Origin: Candidatus Magasanikiibacteriota bacterium | Lineage (GTDB): Bacteria; Patescibacteriota; Patescibacteriia; Magasanikbacterales; UBA922 | DNA: 64,000 nucleotides | NCBI GenBank assembly: GCA_041665025.1 | Contig: JBAYJP010000006.1 | Location: forward strand, 5,440-69,439 | Direction: 5' to 3' | Part shown: one piece after another, positions 1 to 7,997 of the stretch | How positions within the stretch are numbered: the first letter of the stretch is position 1 | Layout of the letters: each line of letters begins with the position of its first letter | Notes under the pieces: model-generated | The model's input: the letters and a program-made list of their open reading frames with translations, nothing else | The model's database searches: none | What the model was told of the DNA's origin: nothing | Translations under genes and position numbers: made by a program

Positions 1-1568
1 AAGATGACGACCCCCTTGATCGCGGTGTTGATTTTTGTGTAAAACAAATAAGCCCCTCTTACCCTCCCAACAATTCGGATACTATAAAATATCCTATTGA
101 CCATAAATTAAAAATTGGTGAAAAATGTGCAGGAGGCGTAGCCACGCCTGCAGCACCTGATCTAAACAAACAGTGCATTACCGGAGATTGCGAAGACAGC
201 GCTGTCGATGATCCATTTGACAACTATTGCGTTTGTCAGACTGCACAACATTGTTTTGACCAATATGGAGGCAGTGATCCCACTGACAAAGTTAGTAACT
301 GGGTATGCAGTGACGATGATGATGATGTGACACACAATGTATATTATTGCAAACAACTCTCAACTAACCACATGATAGACCCAACTGGACAAAAAAGTGA
401 CGCGGGATTCATGGAAGCACTCACCAATCCAGAAGCATACGTTCAAATGTTTACCCAAGAACTTGAGGACGTACTTCGAAAGCCAAATCCGAAAATAGCA
501 ATCCCGGGTCTCAAATTTAGCGAGATAGATGTAGCAAGCATGGTAACCAGTGAGAACGGCAAATCATATTTAAACATTCCTTTCATAGGAGAATACCTAA
601 CTGCGGTTTACAAATACGGCATGATTGCGGCGGGAATTTTGGCGGTATATTACCTTATAGATGCCGGCACGGGCATGATACTCGGCGGGAAAACTCAGGA
701 AGGTAGGCAGGGCGCTCAGAAAAAAATTATCAACGCGATCACCGGGCTTGTGATTGCCTTGTTATCATATATAATTCTCTATACGATCAACCCATATTTA
801 GTACAATTCAAAAATCTGAAAATATTATATGTAAATCAAGATACGTTTAATGAACTTATACTTGGAGGTGACAGAGAAATAAATATGCAAGGAAACAAAT
901 CTATGTCAAATACTGAATTTGACCGGATATTTAAATCATTTAGCAATTGTTTTAATATAGATTACCGAGTGGCAAAAGTAATATCATTGAACGCATCGGG
1001 GTTAGACCCAAATATACAAAATAAAAAAGGAGCAAACTATTTTGGATTATTCCAGACAAACTCAACTAACTGTAAATCAGGACTTAAGGAATATAGCCAA
1101 TGGCTTACCCTGTGTGATGATATCAGAAATCCATGGATAAATTCTGCAGTAGGAGTAAAAATGCTCGAAAAATCAACAAATACCATAAAAAAATACTGCG
1201 GAGGCAATATTTCAGCGCTTGACGCAGGGACATTGTTGCATGTAGGTTTAAATAGCGGACCCGGTGCTTTGAAGCACATTGTCTCAGAGGGACAAGCCTG
1301 CAAAGGAGGAGAATATATTAGGCAAGAACTTGTAAAATATTGGGGTCCAAGATGCGAATCGCTTTTGGGATTAAGCAACGGAAAAAAATGCGATGCACAA
1401 CAAAAACAAGAAGTCATACAACGTGCAGGAAGAAAATATGAATTTACCAGAAAAACTGGACAACAGCTTGTTGACTTGGGTGTAACTGATATGTTTAGCA
1501 ATGCAGCGAATGATGGCCTCCTATGTCCGTTGCACGGCAAACCCTCTGATTTTATTACTGCTCGCTAA
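1..1568 (+). CDS. 5'-truncated Cys-rich surface protein with VirB2/TrbC-like (T4SS) pilin hairpin and C-terminal degenerate SLT/lysozyme-like domain
   Basis: The frame is open from nt 3 (DDDPLDRGVDFC...), so the gene starts upstream of the window. Pilin-like segment YLTAVYKYGMIAAGILAV...KKIINAITGLVIALLSYIILYTINP. SLT-like motifs NASGLDP / GLFQ / LNSGPG. Confidence 0.7.
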   Translation, partial: DDDPLDRGVDFCVKQISPSYPPNNSDTIKYPIDHKLKIGEKCAGGVATPAAPDLNKQCITGDCEDSAVDDPFDNYCVCQTAQHCFDQYGGSDPTDKVSNWVCSDDDDDVTHNVYYCKQLSTNHMIDPTGQKSDAGFMEALTNPEAYVQMFTQELEDVLRKPNPKIAIPGLKFSEIDVASMVTSENGKSYLNIPFIGEYLTAVYKYGMIAAGILAVYYLIDAGTGMILGGKTQEGRQGAQKKIINAITGLVIALLSYIILYTINPYLVQFKNLKILYVNQDTFNELILGGDREINMQGNKSMSNTEFDRIFKSFSNCFNIDYRVAKVISLNASGLDPNIQNKKGANYFGLFQTNSTNCKSGLKEYSQWLTLCDDIRNPWINSAVGVKMLEKSTNTIKKYCGGNISALDAGTLLHVGLNSGPGALKHIVSEGQACKGGEYIRQELVKYWGPRCESLLGLSNGKKCDAQQKQEVIQRAGRKYEFTRKTGQQLVDLGVTDMFSNAANDGLLCPLHGKPSDFITAR

Positions 1569-1599
1569 TAAAAAATCATTTTGATTGGTTCTCAGTTAT

Positions 1600-2973
1600 A
1601 TGGTAAAAAATAATATTATATTCACCTGTTCCAACTGTGGCGCCCAATTTAGTAAATGGACGGGACGTTGTTTGGATTGCGGAAAATGGGGAACAATTGA
1701 GCAAGAAACAAAATACATAGACAAAAATACAAAAATAGTAGGAGAATATAAGCCAGTACAAACTAAAACACTTGATGAAATAAAAGGTAATAATACACAA
1801 CGAACTAAGACAAACATTTCTGAACTCGACCGTGTACTCGGTGGTGGAATTGTCCCTGGCAGTCTGACATTACTTGGTGGCGAACCTGGCATTGGCAAAT
1901 CAACTCTTGCACTCCAACTCGCGCTGTCCATCTCCCCTGCTCTATACATTTCAGGCGAAGAATCAGTTGAACAAATCAAACTTCGTGCAGATCGTCTCGA
2001 GGTAAAGACGCAAAATTTTGCGTCTCTTGAGCTGGCCAACGAAACCAATATCGACTCAATCTGCGCTACTATAAAAAATGTAAAAACCCAGCATGCTGCG
2101 TCTATGGACTACCATCTTGCTATCATCGATTCGATCCAAACTATCTACTCAGACGAAGTCGAGGGCGAACCGGGAAACGTAACGCAAATAAAAGCATGCA
2201 CCATAAAACTTCTCGAATGTGCGAAAAGCACCCGAACACCAATTGTACTCATAGGCCACGTAACCAAAGATGGCGAAGTTGCAGGTCCAAAAACACTGGA
2301 ACATTTGGTAGACACTGTCCTTTATCTCGAGGGCGACCGTTATCATAACTATAGAATTTTACGTACCGCAAAAAACAGATTTGGCGCAACTGATGAAGTG
2401 GGTATTTTTGAAATGACTGGGGCAGGTCTTAAGCCAGTTGAAAATCCATCTGCAAGTTTTTTGCAAGAACGCGGAGAAAATATGCCTGGCTCTGTCGTTA
2501 CGTGTTTGTTGGAAGGTACACGTCCCCTGTTGGTCGAAATACAGGCGCTTGTAAATAAGACATCGTTTGGTTATCCAGTACGCAAAGCAAGTGGATTCGA
2601 CTTGAATCGCTTACATGTACTAACTGCAATATTGCAAAAACGCGCAGGTCTTAATCTCGCGCAATACGATATTTATTTAAACGTGGTCGGAGGAATAAAA
2701 ACATCTGAACCTGCCGCAGACCTCGCTGTGTGTCTTGCAATAGCAAGCTCATACAAAGACAAAGCACTGGGTAAAGATTTAGTTGTGTTTGGCGAAGTTG
2801 GTCTTGGCGGAGAAGTGCGTACTGTAGGTCAGACTGAAAAAAGAATAAAAGAAAGTATGGGATTGGGAATGAAAAGAGTGATAAGCCATTTCAGCAAAAC
2901 AACAGAACAACACAAAAACACATTAACATTGATTGATGTGAAAAATATTGCAGAGTTGATAAAGCATACGTAA
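1600..2973 (+). CDS. radA: DNA repair protein RadA/Sms
   Basis: C4 zinc finger CSNCG...GRCLDCGKW, Walker A GEPGIGKST, KNRFG motif and Lon-like C-terminus. ATG at 1600 preferred over TTG at 1585. Confidence 0.97.
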   Translation: MVKNNIIFTCSNCGAQFSKWTGRCLDCGKWGTIEQETKYIDKNTKIVGEYKPVQTKTLDEIKGNNTQRTKTNISELDRVLGGGIVPGSLTLLGGEPGIGKSTLALQLALSISPALYISGEESVEQIKLRADRLEVKTQNFASLELANETNIDSICATIKNVKTQHAASMDYHLAIIDSIQTIYSDEVEGEPGNVTQIKACTIKLLECAKSTRTPIVLIGHVTKDGEVAGPKTLEHLVDTVLYLEGDRYHNYRILRTAKNRFGATDEVGIFEMTGAGLKPVENPSASFLQERGENMPGSVVTCLLEGTRPLLVEIQALVNKTSFGYPVRKASGFDLNRLHVLTAILQKRAGLNLAQYDIYLNVVGGIKTSEPAADLAVCLAIASSYKDKALGKDLVVFGEVGLGGEVRTVGQTEKRIKESMGLGMKRVISHFSKTTEQHKNTLTLIDVKNIAELIKHT

Positions 2974-2987
2974 GTGGTGACGAATTA

Positions 2988-3103
2988 CAACCCATCACCT
3001 GTCCTCTTCCCTTAAAAAAGGAAGAGTAACCATCAGCGAACACAAAACTTCTCTACAACGTTCTCCCTCCCTTTTTAAGGGAGGGAGCCAGAGGGTGGGT
3101 TGC
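2988..3103. repeat. REPIN-like pair of GC-rich palindromes (CCCTCCCT-N-AGGGAGGG family)
   Basis: Hairpins ctcttcc-cttaaaaaa-ggaagag and ctccctccctt-ttt-aagggagggag, bracketed by caaccca...tgggttg. Same architecture at 34661-34757. Confidence 0.75.
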
Positions 3104-3121
3104 TCAGTCACCTTCAAACAA

Positions 3122-3149
3122 AAAACACCCTTTACAGGTGTTTCTTTTT
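3122..3149. terminator. Bidirectional intrinsic terminator
   Basis: aaaaacacc-ctttaca-ggtgtttctttt between convergent radA and the GC-rich cassette. Confidence 0.55.
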
Positions 3150-3197
3150 ATAAACAAAAAACCGCCCAAAAATCCTCCTCGCTCTATCTCCCATTTG

Positions 3198-3323
3198 GTC
3201 ATCCCGAGCGAACGTAGTGAGAGAGGGATCTTTCTTACTAATAACTTTATTTATTTCTAAAGTTATTATTTCAAAGACACATGTCTTAGGAAAGATTCCT
3301 CGTCACTTTGTTCCTCGGAATGT
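3198..3323. repeat. Inverted REP-like element (GTCATCCCGAGCG...GGATCT / AGATTCCTCG...CTCGGAATG type)
   Basis: Arm gtcatcccgagcgaacgtagtgagagagggatct faces arm agattcctcgtcactttgttcctcggaatg across an AT-rich spacer. Confidence 0.65.
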
Positions 3324-3460
3324 AATGAGGAATACAGCGAGTCGTGGGCGGTCTTCTGTGGAGAAGTACTGGTGTAAAGAACGAGACCACTCGCGACTTG
3401 CCCGGCTGTGGCGGTGGGAGCCGGAAGGGCAGAGAGTCCGGGCCTAGAGGCCCGGCGAGG

Positions 3461-3667
3461 TCAGGCGCGGTTTCGCGCCTGCATCAGAGCGCGATAGTCG
3501 TTCGAGCCGATCCCGGACTGAACGCCCGAGAACGCGACATCGTAGGTGTTCTCCGAGCCGACCGGCTTGAAGCGAACACGGATGTCCAGTTCCGTGTTCA
3601 CACCCACGATGTGCCCACGCACGCCACGATCGCCTCGAACTTCGATGTGCTCTTCCAGAATCTTCAC
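3461..3667 (-). CDS. Small (68 aa) hypothetical protein in a GC-rich cassette; possible SH3/KOW-like beta barrel
   Basis: GTG start preceded by SD GAGGGAG. It has its own sigma70 promoter and strong GC3 bias in this frame. Confidence 0.6.
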   Translation of the reverse strand: MKILEEHIEVRGDRGVRGHIVGVNTELDIRVRFKPVGSENTYDVAFSGVQSGIGSNDYRALMQARNRA

Positions 3668-3743
3668 GAGTAAACTCCCTCAGGGATTTGCGCAAGGCCG
3701 CCTGCCCGACCCAATCGGGTATGGCCTCGCACGAGATGACAAC

Positions 3744-3772
3744 ATAATACATAAAAAAAGTGAAAAAGTCAA
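3744..3772 (-). promoter_or_regulatory. Sigma70-type promoter of the GC-rich cassette
   Basis: TTGACT-17 nt-TATTAT on the minus strand. Confidence 0.7.
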
Positions 3773-3824
3773 TCAACACAAAAAAACTGGGCAAAACCCA
3801 GTCTTATTCTATGTATGTTCTATG

Positions 3825-4499
3825 TCAGTCCAATCGCTTGATAACCAATTTTCTCTTATCTTTAGGATCCCATATTCCCTGTTCTTTCATCATCTGTTTA
3901 ATTCGAGCATCTTTTAATTCGGTAAAATTGTTTCCGCCTTCCTCTTTCACAAAAAAATCAAATGATCCTTGAGAAAATGCCTCTGCCACAATATAATCAA
4001 ACCCGAGCATCTGTGCCAATGCAATAAGCCTTTCTTTACATTCTGACCCCAAACCTTTGCCGTGATAATCTGCATTGATGTCAATAGTCTCTAAGACCAG
4101 AGCCTTTTGGTCTTTATTCAGCTTGCCAAGTTGTACATACAATACCGGCATTTTTTGTTCTTCATCCAAAAATAAATCAGTAACATCTCTACTTTCTTCA
4201 AAATGCAATTTTGTCCGTGCTGAAGTTCTATCATAACGTACCCTCTTATCTACAACAGCAAAATGCAGTGAGCGTGATGTCTTATCCGGCCCTATCCTAA
4301 GTTCAAATTGTCCTGCTTTGACTGCATCGGGCACGAGCAATGATACAGCTTCTGGGGGTAAATCAAGAGTATGGGCATCTCTCAACTCAGGATGGTTGGA
4401 AAAATAATCTTCAATCTTTTTTTTATGCCCACCAACTCTATCTCCTAATTCAAAGTTTGCAATGCGTGCTCTGCTATGTTGAGAATATTCCAAAGTCAT
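3825..4499 (-). CDS. Hypothetical protein with C-terminal GNAT acetyltransferase-like domain
   Basis: LETIDINADYHGKGLGS (acetyl-CoA binding motif A), followed by SFDFFVKEEG. Confidence 0.6.
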   Translation of the reverse strand: MTLEYSQHSRARIANFELGDRVGGHKKKIEDYFSNHPELRDAHTLDLPPEAVSLLVPDAVKAGQFELRIGPDKTSRSLHFAVVDKRVRYDRTSARTKLHFEESRDVTDLFLDEEQKMPVLYVQLGKLNKDQKALVLETIDINADYHGKGLGSECKERLIALAQMLGFDYIVAEAFSQGSFDFFVKEEGGNNFTELKDARIKQMMKEQGIWDPKDKRKLVIKRLD

Positions 4500-4521
4500 A
4501 TATTCAATATATTATTATTTT

Positions 4522-6735
4522 TTATTCAAGATGAACACTCGTTTCCCACTCCTCCACTTTCTCTCTCAAACTTGGATACTCTCCAAAATCAATACCTCTT
4601 GCCATATCTCGCGCTAGTTTAATCAAGTCATGATCTTTGAGCGTGGCTAATTTGAAATTCATCATACCACTCTGTGCTGTGCCATACACTTCTCCAGGCC
4701 CACGTTGGTCTAGATCATACTCTGCCACTTTGAATCCATCAGTTGTTTTTTCAAAATACGATAATCGTTCTTTTACTTTGTCTGTGTCACTGTCAGTAAA
4801 CAAAAAACAATACGACTGGTGAAAACTTCTGCCGACTCGTCCTCTAAACTGATGTAACTGAGCCAAACCAAACCTCTCAGCACCTTCTATCATCATCACA
4901 CTTGCATTGGGAATATTTACGCCAACTTCCACAACTGACGTAGAAACTAAAATGTCTAACTCCCCTGCTGCAAATTTTTTCATGGTCTCATCTTTTTCTT
5001 GTGATTTCATTTTTCCATGTAAATACCCAATTCTTAGATCAGGAAAAACATTCTTAGATAATTTCTCATATTCTGCGAGTACACTCTTTTTTTCAAATGT
5101 AATTGGTAATTGGTAATTGGTAATTGGAATTTTATTTGTATCTTGTCTCTTGGAATTTATTTCTTCTATTAGTGGGCATACAACAAATACTTGCTTTCTA
5201 CGCTTCACTTGTTCGCGTATAAACGCATACGCCTTGTCTCGATTGTGTGGATCTACGAGCCGTGTCATCACTGGCTTTCTATCTTTTGGCATTTCACGGA
5301 TAATAGACAAATCCAAATCACCATACAAAGTCAGAGCAAACGAACGTGGGATAGGTGTCGCAGTCATTGAAAGGAAATGGGGTGAAAGTCTGTCGTCCTC
5401 CCCTCTCTTCGTAAGAGAGGGGCCGGGGGTGAGTTGCGCCGCCGAAGAAATACTTTTCTCTTTTAAAATCTTCCTCTGCTCTACCCCGAACCGGTGCTGT
5501 TCGTCCACAATCACCAAACCCAAATTCTTAAACTGCACATCTTCGGTAAGTAAGGCATGCGTCCCCACAATAACATCAACCTCTCCTTTTGCGATTTGGT
5601 CTATCATTTCTTTTTTTTGAGAAATTTTAGAATTGTTTCGAAATTCGAAATTCGAAATTCGAAATTCATTACGCGTTTGAATCCCCAACCTAACTTTATC
5701 TCCCAACAACTTCACAAGCGACTCATAATGTTGCACCGCCAAAATCTCTGTCGGCGCCATGATGACTCCCTGATATCCATTAAGTGCGGTATTATAGAGC
5801 GCCATTGCCGCCACAACTGTTTTACCAGACCCAACGTCCCCTTCTAGCAAACGATTCATCGGCTCTTTCTTTTCCAAATCTTGCAAAATTTCCCATGCTG
5901 AAACTTTTTGATCTTTCGTGAGTGCAAAAGGAAGCGAATGTACAAATTCTTTAATGGCGTCTTCTTGAAATGAAAGTTGAGGAGCAACAGATCTTTTTAT
6001 ACTTTGGCGTATCATTTCAGCACGAAGTTGCATGACAAATAGTTCATCAAACTTAAGCCGTCTTTGCGCGTATTTCAATTCATCTTGGCTTTCAGGAAAA
6101 TGTATTGCTTTCAAGGCCTCTTGCAACGGCATAATATCTGCCTGCTCCAATAAGTCATCGGGCAACCATTCCTTTATTTCATTTCTAACCTCAATAATCT
6201 GGCTCATCAAAAATCTAATCTGCTTGTGCGTTATACCGGTTGTCAATGAATACATCGGCACTATTCGAGCTGTGTGCGTACTCAAGAGCGTTCCCTCTCC
6301 TTGTAGGAGAGGGTCAGGGTAAGGTCTCTGCTTCACCTTTTCATATCCAGGAGAAACCATCTCTAACCCAAACATATCTGACTTTACTTTCCCAGATAAA
6401 TACACACTATCACCCACATGCAGGGCTTTCGCAATAAACGGCTGACCAAACCAAATAATTCGTAATTGCCCTGAATCATCGGCAACTAAAGCTTCAGTTA
6501 TCATTTTCCGTTTCCGCGGACTTCGTTTATTTGAGATAAGTTCAATTTTTCCTTGTATCGTAACATCCATCCCCTCTTGCAAATCTTTAATTGAAACAAC
6601 GGAACTGTAATCTTCATAGCGAAAAGGAAAATAAAACAAAAGATCCTCGACTGTTTCCACACCGAGATGTTTTAGCCGCGTTGCAAGGATTTTCCCCACG
6701 CGGTTTAATTGTGTAATAGGGGTAGTCAAATTCAT
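4522..6735 (-). CDS. recG: ATP-dependent DNA helicase RecG
   Basis: Wedge/OB domain, GDVGSGKT, DEQH, SMTATPIPR, QLHQFRGRVGR and TRG motif DLDQRGPGE. Confidence 0.98.
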   Translation of the reverse strand: MNLTTPITQLNRVGKILATRLKHLGVETVEDLLFYFPFRYEDYSSVVSIKDLQEGMDVTIQGKIELISNKRSPRKRKMITEALVADDSGQLRIIWFGQPFIAKALHVGDSVYLSGKVKSDMFGLEMVSPGYEKVKQRPYPDPLLQGEGTLLSTHTARIVPMYSLTTGITHKQIRFLMSQIIEVRNEIKEWLPDDLLEQADIMPLQEALKAIHFPESQDELKYAQRRLKFDELFVMQLRAEMIRQSIKRSVAPQLSFQEDAIKEFVHSLPFALTKDQKVSAWEILQDLEKKEPMNRLLEGDVGSGKTVVAAMALYNTALNGYQGVIMAPTEILAVQHYESLVKLLGDKVRLGIQTRNEFRISNFEFRNNSKISQKKEMIDQIAKGEVDVIVGTHALLTEDVQFKNLGLVIVDEQHRFGVEQRKILKEKSISSAAQLTPGPSLTKRGEDDRLSPHFLSMTATPIPRSFALTLYGDLDLSIIREMPKDRKPVMTRLVDPHNRDKAYAFIREQVKRRKQVFVVCPLIEEINSKRQDTNKIPITNYQLPITFEKKSVLAEYEKLSKNVFPDLRIGYLHGKMKSQEKDETMKKFAAGELDILVSTSVVEVGVNIPNASVMMIEGAERFGLAQLHQFRGRVGRSFHQSYCFLFTDSDTDKVKERLSYFEKTTDGFKVAEYDLDQRGPGEVYGTAQSGMMNFKLATLKDHDLIKLARDMARGIDFGEYPSLREKVEEWETSVHLE

Positions 6736-6751
6736 GGCTTTATTCTAACAC

Positions 6752-6776
6752 AAAACCTCCTATGTGAGGAGGTTTA
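6752..6776 (-). terminator. Intrinsic terminator downstream of tRNA-Val
   Basis: aaaacctcct-atgtg-aggaggttt hairpin. Confidence 0.6.
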
Positions 6777-6787
6777 ATATCAAAGAG

Positions 6788-6861
6788 TGGATGATACTGG
6801 TTTCGAACCAGTGACCTCTGCAATGTGAATGCAGCGCTCTAACCAACTGAGCTAATCATCC
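6788..6861 (-). tRNA. tRNA-Val(CAC)
   Basis: Acceptor GGATGAT/ATCATCC, anticodon arm CTGCA-TT-CAC-AT-TGCAG, T-loop GGTTCGAAACC. Confidence 0.95.
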
Positions 6862-6912
6862 TTTGCCAGCAACACTATATCACGGAAAAAATTCAAAATC
6901 AAGGCCATATTA

Positions 6913-6941
6913 TTGACTTTCTTTACTTTTTTGTATATACT
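6913..6941 (+). promoter_or_regulatory. Sigma70 promoter of tRNA-Arg
   Basis: TTGACT-17-TATACT. Confidence 0.7.
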
Positions 6942-6958
6942 TCTTACGTTTTCATCAA

Positions 6959-7030
6959 GCGCTCGTCGTTCAACGGATAGGACATTGGCCTGCGAAGCCG
7001 AAAATCCAGGTTCGATTCCTGGCGGGCGCA
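6959..7030 (+). tRNA. tRNA-Arg(GCG)
   Basis: Acceptor GCGCTCG/CGGGCGC, anticodon arm TTGGC-CT-GCG-AA-GCCGA, T-loop GGTTCGATTCC. Confidence 0.93.
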
Positions 7031-7086
7031 CACCTTTGGGGACTAATGTATACATACACACAGACGCATAAATGGTACGTCCCCAC

Positions 7087-7134
7087 AAAATAATACATAA
7101 AAACCCGCCGCGACGGGTTTTTATGTATTATTTT
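7087..7134. terminator. Long perfect hairpin/terminator after tRNA-Arg
   Basis: aaaataatacataaaaacccg-ccgcga-cgggtttttatgtattatttt. Confidence 0.7.
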
Positions 7135-7258
7135 GAAAAATCCGAATAAAAAAATATTGCTTAAACAACAGACAAACTAGAGGATTTGCTAAACAAATTC
7201 CATAGATTCTATATATAAAATTTGAACCCGTTTACCAAATGTGCTATACTAGCCGTAT

Positions 7259-7762
7259 ATGCCAAAACAAATCTCACCAGATATTATCATCGGCGAGGTA
7301 CTTCATGAATGGAGCATACCCGAATACGAGCAATACCAGAGAAACAAAGCATGGTATATTATTATGTTTGTCCTCGGAGGATCTATGGTATTGTATGCTA
7401 TTTTAAGCAACAACTTTTTGTTTGCCTTGATTATCATATTGTTTGCCATAATTCTCTTCCTACAATCACACCAACAACCCATTGTCATACCATTCAAAAT
7501 CACTGAGATGGGAGTCGTGGTAAATAACCGCTTTTACTCATATATAGAGCTTGATTCGTTTTATCTCTTCTACAATCCTCCAGATGTCAAAACATTGTTT
7601 ATCGAAACCCGAAACGTAAGCCGCCCCAAATTGCGCGTACCACTTATGGACATGGATCCAAATGAAATTCGCGCGACATTGAAAGAATTTCTCGAAGAAG
7701 ACCTGGAAAAAGAAGAAGAACCCATAAGTGATATGATCGGACGCAAATGGCAAATACATTAA
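7259..7762 (+). CDS. Conserved CPR-type membrane protein (two TM helices plus PH-like domain)
   Basis: WSIPEY...KAWY motif, two hydrophobic helices and a beta-rich C-terminus. Confidence 0.75.
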   Translation: MPKQISPDIIIGEVLHEWSIPEYEQYQRNKAWYIIMFVLGGSMVLYAILSNNFLFALIIILFAIILFLQSHQQPIVIPFKITEMGVVVNNRFYSYIELDSFYLFYNPPDVKTLFIETRNVSRPKLRVPLMDMDPNEIRATLKEFLEEDLEKEEEPISDMIGRKWQIH

Positions 7763-7825
7763 CACCTTCGCCTATAACCCTCTAATATAGAGGGTTTTTA
7801 AATTGTCAGCTTGTCCTGATGTTTT

Positions 7826-7939
7826 GATAATTATTCTAATTATACTAAATTATGCTGGACAAATTATAGTTTGTTTTATTTTAAAAATTAAAAATTTTTT
7901 AGAATAATTAGGTCAATCAGGATAATTAGAATAATTACC
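7826..7939. repeat. Inverted 9-mer array (AATTATTCT / AGAATAATT)
   Basis: Tandem degenerate 9-mers face their reverse complement. Same family at 28608-28721. Confidence 0.75.
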
Positions 7940-7948
7940 GATGATTGG

Positions 7949-7977
7949 TTGCATTTTGCGTTTTTTTGCTGTATAAT
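7949..7977 (+). promoter_or_regulatory. Sigma70 promoter of the LCP gene
   Basis: TTGCAT-17-TATAAT. Confidence 0.6.
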
Positions 7978-7997
7978 CAACAAGAAAATAAATACAT

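Noticed and set aside
3217-3917. Alternative ORFs overlapping the 68-aa cassette
   Set aside because: They cross promoter or repeat boundaries and lack a matching promoter and SD.
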